Shown piece after piece: positions 40,101 through 48,567 of a stretch of 64,000 bases of DNA (position 1 is the stretch's first letter; the number at the start of each line of letters is the position of its first letter). The notes beneath the pieces are model-generated. The model made no database searches. It was not told where the DNA came from and was given only the letters and a program-made list of their open reading frames with translations. This DNA is from Oscillospiraceae bacterium (GTDB lineage Bacteria > Bacillota > Clostridia > Oscillospirales > Acutalibacteraceae), in assembly GCA_029225165.1 (NCBI GenBank), contig JAQXVY010000017.1, positions 43,562 to 107,561 of the forward strand, written 5' to 3'. The position numbers and the translations under genes were made by a program.

Positions 40101-43100
40101 ATAAGTTCTGGAAGTTTCTTCTATTTTCTCAATATTTCCATATGGTTCTGTTTCTGTTTCGATAGAGGTATATGTTTCAGCTGTTGATTCCGTAGTTTCC
40201 TCTACAGTTGATTCAACAGTTGGAGCAGGTTCTCCCCCACCACCTCTTATTGTATTGGTTGTAATAAGAGTTCCGTTTTGGTTATGCCATTTATCTTGAG
40301 CGTTGTTCCAATTATTTGCACTGAAATCGCTATATGAAAGCGCATTATAGTCGTTCATTACTTCGCCTTTTTCAAGCTGCAAACAATCAAACCATACCGA
40401 ACCACTTGCATTTCTAAGGGCACAGTAAACTCTTATTTTGGTTGTATAATTAGGCAATGTAACTGTTAAGCTTATTCTTTGCCACTTTGAAATGGTTGTC
40501 GTTTCTAATAATGCAACGCTATTGTCATCACTTATTTTAGATCCTGAAGGGTCAAATGTCTTTAATTTTAGAATAGCACCCTTCTGTCCGTCACGAGTTC
40601 CCTTTGTCAAAGCATCAGGTATATATACATAACCGGATAATGTTACTGTATCACCGGCAGAAACATCACTGTTGCTCAAATCAATATCGTGATTTACGGA
40701 TGTGTAAAACTGTTCAGAGGAAGTGGAGTCATGATTAATTTTTATAGAATTGCCTCCAAAGAATGATATTGATGTATCTACTGAAGCTGTTCCGCCGGAA
40801 CTGGTTTCTGAACCTATGCTTTCATTTGATTTTCTATAGTAATAATTACTGCCTATACCATCAAAATGACTGGACTCATCAATATAGTTTCGTGTATAAG
40901 AATCTGAACCTCCCATTGCTGAAAGACCAGACGCACCTTCACCCTCTTCTATATATCCATATTCATTTAATTTGGTTACTGTATTACCATATTCATCAAA
41001 TGTGTATGTTTCACTTCTTCCATTTCTATCAATAAAGGTTGTCGTATTATAACCCTTATTATTTTCATTATCGTCATCTTCATGTGTTCCGTAAACCATT
41101 TCTAAATAGTTACCTTCATCGTAACTACCGGTTGAAGTGTTGTAACCATACTCAGTTGCCTTTACTACCCGACCATTTGAATAGTTGAACTGCATTTTCA
41201 TTCCGTTTTCAGAGTTAATATCATCATTATAATGATATTTTACCGTAGTTAAGTAATTGTTACTATATTCAAATGTTGTCCACTTGTTATCTATAAATTT
41301 AATACCATAGGGCAAGGTGCATCCTGAATAATAGATAAAGTATGCTGCGTCATCAGAATCTACTTTAATTTTAGAATAACATCTTCTTGTTGTGCCATCA
41401 CTGTCGGTTACTGTGTTATAGTAAATACGATATGTATGCAATGTACTTGTTATTTGTGTAAGATAACCTGATGAGTCATAAGTATAAGTAATAGTATTAT
41501 TGCTATTATCTGAATCCGACTCCGACTTTATATAGGTTGTTTCATTGTCATTTGGAATATCATAGGTTTCAATTCTATCACTTTCAATCTCAATTTTGTT
41601 TTCTTTGATTTTTAATGTATATCCTAAATCGTCTTCATCACTTAATTCATTTTTACCATCAACTATTTTAAAATAGTGTTCCACTGCATTGGAATCAGTA
41701 TAGATATAATAACAATCTGTTTTTTTAAGGGATTTTTCAAAGGACATATGACGTCCCCAGCCACCAATGCCTAATACATTTTTTCGAGCACTATGATATG
41801 TTTGATAAATACTAAGAGGAATTCTTTCGCCTTTTTCTTCATAGATGCTCTGTTTAAAAATTAAATCACCGGTGTAATCACAAATTGAAGCATCAGCTTT
41901 TTGTCCGCAACTAACAGTATGAGAGGTTAGATTACTTTCAGAACCGTTATAGTCCTTATAAATCACTTGAAACTGAGGGAGTTTGTCACTTAGATAGCAA
42001 CAGTAACCGCCAAAATTAGCGATATTGCTTTCGCTCTTTAAATATATTCCATTGTTTGCAAGTGTTCCATCCGACCATTGTTTATATATTTTAGTAATAT
42101 CAAATGTAACAGGATTTGAGCTTCCTTCTTCTGTGGTTGCATAATCAATAATTTGACTGGAATCATAAGAAGCATTATTGTATGTTACAGTTCCGTTAGT
42201 CCAAGATGATGTAACAGGATAAGCCTCTATTTCCATAGCGGGCGTTGTATTGAATGGATAGATAGATACCTTCGCGCTAACAATGTTTTTATTTTCCAGA
42301 GTATTTTCGATATTTTTGCTTTTTATAAGCGAATAAAACAATTGATTTGTATTATTGTTTTTACCAAGATAAAAATGCGTTTGCTGACCTTCAACAGAAT
42401 CTCTATTGCTTGCATCCACTTGTGCTGTCTCGGTATATCCAACACCTACAGCGGTTATTTCGGGATCAATAGTTACAGGATATTTAACATTTGGATTATT
42501 AAGAAAACCCTTGTCTGCAATAAGTTTTACATAAAGTCTATTGCTTTTATTATTCTGTATTTTAAGGGTAACATTTGTGCTCTCTTCTAAATTTGCATCA
42601 TACATATATGGAGCAGTTATTGTGTATACTACTTTATTTCCCTTTAAAAGATTTATTGTTTTGTCATCTATTTGTTTTGCTTTTAAGCCTTTTATATCAT
42701 ATTCTATGTCAAATTCATTCTTTGCCTCTGAGTTTTCAAGAACGATATTTTCCTTTACTCCCGTGGATGATACAAAGCATTCCAAATCTATATTTTGATA
42801 AAGGTCATCGTAATTTATTTCAGATACCAGATTTTGTAGAGTAGTAAACTTTTGATTCCCTTTGAGTTTTTTATTATTTTTTATAATTTTTGCTGAACTG
42901 TTTTTAGAATTAACATACTTCCAGCTAATGCTGCCTTTTGAGGTATTAAGAGAAATTAATTTGTCATCTTTTGCATTAGGTGAAATGTCTACATTTATAT
43001 TACTCTTTTTATTTGAATAATTTGATTTTGCCGCTTCATCAGGGGTTGCGGTGTTGTCACTAATGATAGTATTATCATACTCAACCCATTTACCCTTTTC

Positions 43101-43379
43101 ATTTTTATAGTGAACCGGAACTACATAGTTTACAGCCATGAAAGTGCCGTCATCAAGACGAAAATGTTTTGTATATTTATCACGTTCCTGTGTGATTTCT
43201 GAAACAATATTTCCTACAGTAGTTCCATCTCCTATATCTGCAAATGAAGGACTTGTTATAGTGTCCTCGTCACTTTTGTCTATTGTACCTGCAATTACTT
43301 CTGTTGATATTGATGATAATATTGTAACACACAATATTATTGAAACAACTGACAACAAAGTCTTAATTTTTTTGCTCAT
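37107..43379 (-). CDS. Sec-secreted WapA-like RHS/YD-repeat polymorphic toxin (DNRLRE-like and CBM-like domains, RHS core, C-terminal HxH toxin)
   Basis: Signal peptide; YPVTIDP; YD repeats; RHS core NPFRYRGY...RYYDP; cleavage-like NNPIFLKDKNG; tip GPEID...YWHYH...AHVWY. Confidence 0.92.
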   Translation of the reverse strand: MSKKIKTLLSVVSIILCVTILSSISTEVIAGTIDKSDEDTITSPSFADIGDGTTVGNIVSEITQERDKYTKHFRLDDGTFMAVNYVVPVHYKNEKGKWVEYDNTIISDNTATPDEAAKSNYSNKKSNINVDISPNAKDDKLISLNTSKGSISWKYVNSKNSSAKIIKNNKKLKGNQKFTTLQNLVSEINYDDLYQNIDLECFVSSTGVKENIVLENSEAKNEFDIEYDIKGLKAKQIDDKTINLLKGNKVVYTITAPYMYDANLEESTNVTLKIQNNKSNRLYVKLIADKGFLNNPNVKYPVTIDPEITAVGVGYTETAQVDASNRDSVEGQQTHFYLGKNNNTNQLFYSLIKSKNIENTLENKNIVSAKVSIYPFNTTPAMEIEAYPVTSSWTNGTVTYNNASYDSSQIIDYATTEEGSSNPVTFDITKIYKQWSDGTLANNGIYLKSESNIANFGGYCCYLSDKLPQFQVIYKDYNGSESNLTSHTVSCGQKADASICDYTGDLIFKQSIYEEKGERIPLSIYQTYHSARKNVLGIGGWGRHMSFEKSLKKTDCYYIYTDSNAVEHYFKIVDGKNELSDEDDLGYTLKIKENKIEIESDRIETYDIPNDNETTYIKSESDSDNSNNTITYTYDSSGYLTQITSTLHTYRIYYNTVTDSDGTTRRCYSKIKVDSDDAAYFIYYSGCTLPYGIKFIDNKWTTFEYSNNYLTTVKYHYNDDINSENGMKMQFNYSNGRVVKATEYGYNTSTGSYDEGNYLEMVYGTHEDDDNENNKGYNTTTFIDRNGRSETYTFDEYGNTVTKLNEYGYIEEGEGASGLSAMGGSDSYTRNYIDESSHFDGIGSNYYYRKSNESIGSETSSGGTASVDTSISFFGGNSIKINHDSTSSEQFYTSVNHDIDLSNSDVSAGDTVTLSGYVYIPDALTKGTRDGQKGAILKLKTFDPSGSKISDDNSVALLETTTISKWQRISLTVTLPNYTTKIRVYCALRNASGSVWFDCLQLEKGEVMNDYNALSYSDFSANNWNNAQDKWHNQNGTLITTNTIRGGGGEPAPTVESTVEETTESTAETYTSIETETEPYGNIEKIEETSRTYQQGFVTRTYNRTYEVKNDGETDNTDDNDSSEEDITDNTDSLSDKHIFQSVSVNRANVVFKISGTAKADSVPLTSDNRTFGIALKIHYSDGTTEDHYQEYNAYTSTEQSVSLSIAPEKANKLINTVDFAFVYGYNKNTMEVKNAMLNFAEDMIFETPEESTGDNQNEPIDEDIVSESVDTSKDYMESSVEYDSTENYITKEVDEAGNTTEYAYDSHGNQTSVTDGKGNTTEYEYDIQGNVKSISSGDSSNTYIYNNQNQLSTINHNDFAYNFNYNIYNKLLNVKVGNKSIVTYNYNSNNGNLESISYGNGGFYRYYYDRYDRITSISGAGYDIVSYTYNKKGLVTKEHDYSLNQTTNYYYDCNGNLVSKTAETVDEYGTVKLVHNVSLDSDGNTVEQTNINNRYKTIKRGTDADDNEFVDYISGDENSPRTVKVTSETDDFGRLDYVSTKHNDEELFGADYSYINVNNSHKTTNQVQSLRYGYNNGAKSTNYDYTYDANGNIATAVERNYNIGNGGVGSLTSRYQSSYEYDSLNQVTQVTDSYSNEKTKITYDNAGNITKVQVYNLTTDALKKTNNYGYDTTWKDKLTSYNGQTITYDTIGNPLQYRDGMTMQWKNGRQLSQITTSNDTVTFKYNADGLRTRKDDSDYTTYYYYDNNNNLIAMMQGGVVAYYYYDSNNSVTAMSLNDTMYYYIKNLQGDITKIVNESGNVLVEYTYDAWGKILKETSSGNGTYANIKDFNPFRYRGYVYDTDTGLYYLQSRYYDPQTGRFINADDTDVILLSSVSGNDFNINLANLFSYCYNNPIFLKDKNGYIAGIDDGIFVLIGLTITVCVLCGWMSTEQFRQTWQGFCNAVGNGLSSIWDDIWYGSKSIWNWSFNKVNKSIKAISKFTTVVRADNKIKNKVKRRSRTRYWSASLKSGYVDIGKSLTLRQARSYVRNGKSVFTVTKREAKLLSKSAYGGKKPVGPEIDKGKSNVIGYYWHYHVYGRKNKAHVWYLF

Positions 43380-43506
43380 AAATTTTCCTCCTTGTATCCT
43401 TTAATGATGATGATTAACTTAGATTTTTTGTCGGTAGTCCATTGGAATCACTTCCCCTATAGTATCTTTAACAAGGATGCCATTAAACGAGCAAAATGTG
43501 ATGAAC

Positions 43507-43558
43507 TATGTAATAAAAGTTATGCTTTATGTAATGAATTGTAGAATATATGCAATAA
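43507..43558 (-). promoter_or_regulatory. three 10-bp direct repeats at exact 21-bp period (LytTR-type operator) upstream of the RHS gene
   Basis: tatgtaataa (43507), tatgtaatga (43528), tatgcaataa (43549); candidate -10 TACTAT at 43459-43464. Confidence 0.7.
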
Positions 43559-43565
43559 CAACAAA

Positions 43566-43607
43566 AATACCGTCGACTAAGTAAATTGATACTTTATCGA
43601 CGGTATT
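43566..43607 (-). terminator. terminator after the histidine kinase
   Basis: aataccgtcga...tcgacggtatt hairpin with U tract on the minus strand. Confidence 0.7.
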
Positions 43608-43624
43608 ATTTTGCGAATATATTA

Positions 43625-44989
43625 TTAAATTTTTTTAGAGTTAATAAGCAAAATGCTTAATGAAAATACATCATCACATGTAATTGCTACTTTGCCTTTA
43701 TACTTTTTTGCAACTTTTTTAATCGAAAACAAACCTAATCCATGATTCGTATTATCTTCCTTTGTTGTTAATATATTATTGTTAACTATATTAACCTTAC
43801 TTTTTACTGGATTTGAAATACAAATATGTAGGGTGTTTATGCTTTCTTGAATTGATATTCTAATAATTCTTTGATCACTAGCATCAATCTTTTGACAAGC
43901 CTCAATGGCATTATCCAAAGCATTACCAAAAATAGTACATATGTCTATAGGCTCGACGAATTTAGAAGTCATTTTACCTTTGAACTCAACGCTTATACTC
44001 CCTGCCTTTTGTTGTTTTTCTGTTATTAATACATCTAAAATATAGTTTCCTGTCTGAATACCGGAAGTTTCATTGAGGAGGTCAAATGATTTTACTATAT
44101 AATTTCGAGCTGATTCAATATCCTCCTTTTTTAAATACGCCTCCAGTACAATTAATTGGTTTTTATAATCATGTCTAAATTCTCTTAAGGATTGTTCTTT
44201 ATTAACTAAATTATTATAATATTCAAATTGCTGTTTGGATTGTTCATTTGCAATTTCAGATATTTTTTTATAATAATTTTTTGAAGTAAAGCTTGAAATA
44301 AGTAATGGATAAATTATGCAAAAAGCAATCAAAGAGAGAATAAACGTACATTCTAAAACATAGTACCAGATATGATTAGTAAACTCTGTTTTAGGGATAT
44401 AAGATAAATCAGCCGATAAGAAAGATATCATATAAAAAGAAAAAATAATTAGTATTTTTAATCCAATAGGAATAAATACTAAAAAGCTATTAATTTTTTC
44501 ATACATATATTCTTTTCTTAAACACACTACTATCGCCAATATAATCAAAATAATTAATAAATCAACTATAGAGTTATATATAGTATCTTGTATAAAAAAA
44601 CTTTCTACAAGAATAGTAATAGAAGTAATAGAAAATACGATTGCTTGCAAAAGTGTAACTAAATATATAATTCTCTTTTTTGTCAAATTGTTTATTGAGA
44701 ATAATGGAATCGTATAAGAGACAATTGGGGTTAAGATAAAGGGAACATCAAGATAAACCAACAAAAAATATAATGGAATAATTATTAGAGTTACGGTTAT
44801 GACAAAATGCTTTAAATTAATACAGCCATTTGTTGATTTAAAAATGAATACCATGATAGTGATAATTGAGAATACTAGCTCTAATGTATAGAATAATAAC
44901 ATGTCAAAGAGTATAATCCCTATAATAAATATTAAGTGCATCAAAAAATGAAGAATATCTATCACGGCTAATTTTTGCAATTTCACCAC
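43625..44989 (-). CDS. AgrC/VirS-like GHKL sensor histidine kinase (start may be ~44941/44902)
   Basis: 6-7 TM; FRHDYKNQL; FGNALDNAIEAC; HGLGL.SI. Confidence 0.92.
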   Translation of the reverse strand: MVKLQKLAVIDILHFLMHLIFIIGIILFDMLLFYTLELVFSIITIMVFIFKSTNGCINLKHFVITVTLIIIPLYFLLVYLDVPFILTPIVSYTIPLFSINNLTKKRIIYLVTLLQAIVFSITSITILVESFFIQDTIYNSIVDLLIILIILAIVVCLRKEYMYEKINSFLVFIPIGLKILIIFSFYMISFLSADLSYIPKTEFTNHIWYYVLECTFILSLIAFCIIYPLLISSFTSKNYYKKISEIANEQSKQQFEYYNNLVNKEQSLREFRHDYKNQLIVLEAYLKKEDIESARNYIVKSFDLLNETSGIQTGNYILDVLITEKQQKAGSISVEFKGKMTSKFVEPIDICTIFGNALDNAIEACQKIDASDQRIIRISIQESINTLHICISNPVKSKVNIVNNNILTTKEDNTNHGLGLFSIKKVAKKYKGKVAITCDDVFSLSILLINSKKI

Positions 44990-45605
44990 TAATAAGCTTT
45001 ATATTACTTTTATCAAAAGAAATTATGTAATTAAAGTTCACTACAAATGATCTATGCGTTACGAAAAAACAATTTTTGAGAAGCAATGAATAAACCTTAT
45101 TTAATGATTTCGGGCAATGATAACTATCTACTAATGTCCATATTATGCAATTGCGCCCGTTTGCCTCTACATAAATAATATCACTTGTATTTACACTCTT
45201 ATGTTCACCTTGCGAATAAATTAATATTGGGTAATGAAGTCCCATTTTCTTTATATACGAATCTAATGCTTCATACAATTCTTCATCTTTTAATGGCTTA
45301 ATTAAGAATCGAAATGTATCATAAAGGAATGTTTTATATACAACTTCAGGATAATTTGATATAAATACAATCATTGAAAGCATATTTCTTGTTCTCAATT
45401 CTCTTGCCACTTCTAATCCATTTATATTTGGCATCTGATAATCTAAAAACACAATATCATAATTTGTATTTCTATTAAGAAGCACTTGCCCATCATTATA
45501 AATATCTATACAAGTATCAAGATTATGGTCGTTAGAATAACTATATATTTTTTCTTTAAGGTCTTCGCAAAAAAGCGGTTCATCATCACAAATTGCAATT
45601 AGCAT
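44904..45605 (-). CDS. LytTR-family response regulator (AgrA/VirR-like)
   Basis: IAICDDE, FLDYQMP..NG, FLIKP, THRSFVVN, ISR. Confidence 0.93.
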   Translation of the reverse strand: MLIAICDDEPLFCEDLKEKIYSYSNDHNLDTCIDIYNDGQVLLNRNTNYDIVFLDYQMPNINGLEVARELRTRNMLSMIVFISNYPEVVYKTFLYDTFRFLIKPLKDEELYEALDSYIKKMGLHYPILIYSQGEHKSVNTSDIIYVEANGRNCIIWTLVDSYHCPKSLNKVYSLLLKNCFFVTHRSFVVNFNYIISFDKSNIKLISGEIAKISRDRYSSFFDALNIYYRDYTL

Positions 45606-45771
45606 TATTTTCTCCAATCTACAATTCATTACAAAAATAATACGGTTTAATACATAATCCCCCAAAAATCAATACCAAAGATTTATTTTCTCTTTGAAGA
45701 GTATTGATTGGGGGGATACAAATGACCTGGCACACATTTTGGTATATTCTAAAAAGAGTATTTGGATAATG

Positions 45772-46116
45772 CTATTCTGCATGAGCACAGAAATACTTAT
45801 CCATATTTTTGACAATATTAAAAAGTAACTCTGATTGTTCAGTTGTCCAATTATTAGTGATTTCTAAGATTAAGTTTTCTTTATACTCTTTATCAGACAA
45901 ATCTGATATTAGATTCTCTATTTTTGTATCAATTATGCTTGCTATACTATCGAGCCTATTTAATGAAACCTGAGTATGACCACATTCAATTTGACTAATA
46001 TAACCTGTGGAAACATCCAGTGCTTCTGCAAGTTCCGATTGTGTTAGGCATGCTTTGATTCTATATTCTTTTACTCTTTGCCCGATAGCAGCATAATTAA
46101 TCATACTAATCACCAC
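45772..46116 (-). CDS. XRE-family HTH regulator
   Basis: IGQRVKEYR....LTQSELAE.LDVS..YISQIECG. Confidence 0.9.
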   Translation of the reverse strand: MVISMINYAAIGQRVKEYRIKACLTQSELAEALDVSTGYISQIECGHTQVSLNRLDSIASIIDTKIENLISDLSDKEYKENLILEITNNWTTEQSELLFNIVKNMDKYFCAHAE

Positions 46117-46207
46117 TTAAATTATATCAGTAATAGGTAAAATCAGAAGTGAACTATAACTTACACTTATTTACTTATAGCTTAATGTTTCCCAATATAA
46201 ATACTAT

Positions 46208-46585
46208 ATGAAAATAAATAATGACATAGGAATCTTTATACGTCAAAAAAGAATTCAGAAACAAATTTCGCTAAGGAATTTTTCTCGACAGGTTGGGATT
46301 TCTGCTGAATATCTTTCAAAAATTGAGAACGGTTTTAGACCCGCACCTAATGTTGAGATATTAGAGAGGATAGCAACACAATTACTGTTATCTACTCAAG
46401 AAAAAGAAATACTTTATGATTTAGCAGCAGAATCAAAGTCTTATCTATCATTGGCACCGGATTTGCTTGCATATATTAAGGAAAACACAAGCATACATAA
46501 GGCGTTGAGATTATCAAAACGATGTGGTGCAAACGAGGAAGATTGGCTAATATTTATTGATTATTTGACCCAAAAGTACCTATAG
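46208..46585 (+). CDS. XRE-family HTH regulator (divergent)
   Basis: GIFIRQKR....SLRNFS..VGIS..YLSKIENG.R.AP. Confidence 0.9.
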   Translation: MKINNDIGIFIRQKRIQKQISLRNFSRQVGISAEYLSKIENGFRPAPNVEILERIATQLLLSTQEKEILYDLAAESKSYLSLAPDLLAYIKENTSIHKALRLSKRCGANEEDWLIFIDYLTQKYL

Positions 46586-46614
46586 GTAATAAAGAAGAAA
46601 TCCGAGTAATAAAC

Positions 46615-46869
46615 TTGGATTTTCTTTTGAAATCTCTGTGTACAAATAAGTACACAGAGTGGAAAGGAGAAAAAGTGGCAAATGTAAAAGAAAAGTCATT
46701 ATATCATTTTGATATTAGATGTCCAAGTTGCAATCGAAAATTAATGATATTAAACCTATCTTACTTTTGCAAACCGCAAGTGAGTTTATTAGATTGTGGG
46801 GAATTTGGGTTACATAATACAGAAATAAAATGTCATATATGCAAATCTTTTGTTGCGGTGGATGTTTAG
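46615..46869 (+). CDS. small zinc-ribbon (Com-like) protein; likely start ~46675
   Basis: IRCPSCNRKL...EIKCHICKS. Confidence 0.65.
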   Translation: MDFLLKSLCTNKYTEWKGEKVANVKEKSLYHFDIRCPSCNRKLMILNLSYFCKPQVSLLDCGEFGLHNTEIKCHICKSFVAVDV

Positions 46870-46952
46870 AAATTAAATATAAAACTTAGTACGAGCCTAC
46901 AGCCGGAAACGCTGATTGTTAATCAGTAGGAACGAGCTTACGAAAAGCCGAC

Positions 46953-47002
46953 AAGTTATAGCTTTTAATGCTATTAACTGTCGGCTTAATTTTTTGCCTT
47001 TT
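46953..47002 (+). terminator. terminator/attenuator upstream of the sigma-like gene
   Basis: aagccgacaagttatagc-ttttaat-gctattaactgtcggctt followed by T tracts. Confidence 0.65.
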
Positions 47003-47098
47003 TTGCATTGAAAGCAGAAAGGGCAAGATGATCTATAGGAATAGAAGTCCTCCGATCGACCTGAATTAAAAAATTCAGATTGATTGGAGGATAATTGA

Positions 47099-47572
47099 AT
47101 GGACAAGCGTCCTAAAAGGAGAAAGGATAAGTACAATCCTTATACACTGTACACGAAAGCCGGAAGATACTACATTTCTTTTGTTGATGTCAATAATAAT
47201 TTTCAAGAGATAGAGGTATCACAGGAAGTGTTTGAGAGTTTCAACAAATTTGAACTTGAAGATATTTCTCAGATGAATGAATACGACAGACATTTGGAAC
47301 ATTCCGAAGTAGATGAAAATACCTTGTACCAAAAGAGCGTTTCAAGCGAACAGCCGTTAGAAGAATACTTTGATAAAGCTCAGGATGCGGAAAATCTTCA
47401 TATAGTAATAAACAAATTGCCCGATGTGCAAAAACGCAGATTGAAAAAGTACTATTTTGAGGAGAAAACCTTTGAAGAAATAGCACTTGAAGAAGGATGT
47501 ACATATCAATGTGTTCAAAGGTCTGTATATCGTGCAGTGGGAAAAATTAAAAATATTTTAAAAAGTTTATAA
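47099..47572 (+). CDS. sigma-70 region 4 protein (Tn916 Orf7-like ICE activator)
   Basis: KRRKDKYNPY; L..LP..QKRRL..YYF...T..EIA..EG. Confidence 0.85.
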   Translation: MDKRPKRRKDKYNPYTLYTKAGRYYISFVDVNNNFQEIEVSQEVFESFNKFELEDISQMNEYDRHLEHSEVDENTLYQKSVSSEQPLEEYFDKAQDAENLHIVINKLPDVQKRRLKKYYFEEKTFEEIALEEGCTYQCVQRSVYRAVGKIKNILKSL

Positions 47573-47602
47573 ATTAGGGGTGTGTTTTAGCTTATAAGTG
47601 AG

Positions 47603-47646
47603 GAAACAGGTGAAGGGATAAATAATCCTTTCACCTGTTTCTCTTT
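47603..47646 (+). terminator. strong hairpin after the sigma-like gene
   Basis: gaaacaggtgaagggat-aaata-atcctttcacctgtttc. Confidence 0.65.
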
Positions 47647-47679
47647 CTGAGAGCAGGCGTTGCTCTTTGAAAATTTAAT

Positions 47680-48150
47680 ATCAGCACATCAGATACATTC
47701 CTTCTGCTGTTCGGAACGGACGAGCTACATGAGCGAACATATTTTATATATCTTCAGGACTCAGACATTGAAAGGCAAATTCAATGACGGCGATGACAGG
47801 CAGAGGGGACAATGATACTTCCGTCCAGTCACAGCTCGAGCGAGATAAAACCGTCGCAAGCAATGAGGACGGCTGTGGGAGATCCTCACAGTGGTGAAAT
47901 TCCAATGAGGTCAATATGCATGACCGTCTGATGTGTTCCCGGTTGGGGGATATTGAGGATAAATACCAACCAAAGCAAGGCGGTTTCATATTCGGAGAAA
48001 TCCCAATGCCTAAGTAACGGCACATTATATGTCTTACAGATATTTAACCTTATGTGCCGACAACGGTGTTGTATATGGAAACCGCCTTGCAAAACGATTG
48101 ATATAAGACAGCAGGCAGTGGCTGTGCTTTGCATAGCCACTGCCTGCCGT
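47680..48150 (+). ncRNA. candidate large multi-domain structured RNA
   Basis: No convincing ORF; at least 6 nested or long-range helices (see findings). Confidence 0.5.
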
Positions 48151-48183
48151 AACAAAATATAATTATAGATTGGAGAAATTAAA

Positions 48184-48321
48184 ATGATAGGTTTTATTTT
48201 TGGTTTATTTATAGGTGCATTTATCGGTGTAGCCTTGATGTGCCTTTGCAATGCAGCTTCAAACGCTGACAAGAATATTGGAAATCATAAAACATCAGAG
48301 GAAACTAAAGATGATGAATAA
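48184..48321 (+). CDS. DUF3789-like small membrane protein (45 aa), missed by the ORF track
   Basis: GGAGA RBS; MIGFIFGLFIGAFIGVALMCLCNAASNADK. Confidence 0.75.
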   Translation: MIGFIFGLFIGAFIGVALMCLCNAASNADKNIGNHKTSEETKDDE

Positions 48322-48469
48322 GAGCAAAGCAATAAAAAATTCAGAATGTTACTATGAGTTAAATATGTTAAGTCTCCTTATGAAGATGAATCTGCTGTCA
48401 GAGGAAGAGTACAAAAGCATACTTGAAATCGTCTTGGAAGAATCTGAAAGCATATTGCTGACCGCATAA
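48311..48469 (+). CDS. small SHOCT-like protein preceding the recombinases
   Basis: LL.MNLLSEEEY..I motif; overlaps upstream stop. Confidence 0.6.
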   Translation: MMNKSKAIKNSECYYELNMLSLLMKMNLLSEEEYKSILEIVLEESESILLTA

Positions 48470-48567
48470 AAAAATAATTCAAAAAAGATGTAATATTCGC
48501 TGGATAGTTTCAAACTCTTGTGATATTGTTGTCTTGCAAAAACAGATTTATAGGAAAGGAAGGAAAA

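Noticed and set aside
43419-43442. 7-codon mini-ORF MDYRQKI upstream of the RHS gene as an AgrD-like signal peptide
   Set aside because: Too short, with no Cys/Ser ring motif or leader, and no agrB
47660-48170. Group II intron
   Set aside because: No GUGCG 5' end, domain V catalytic hairpin or intron-encoded RT, and no interrupted gene; kept only as a candidate ncRNA
47744-48272. ORFs of 93, 128 and 69 aa in the sigma-recombinase gap
   Set aside because: Mutually overlapping, with no RBS or recognisable motifs; better explained as non-coding structure plus the DUF3789-like gene
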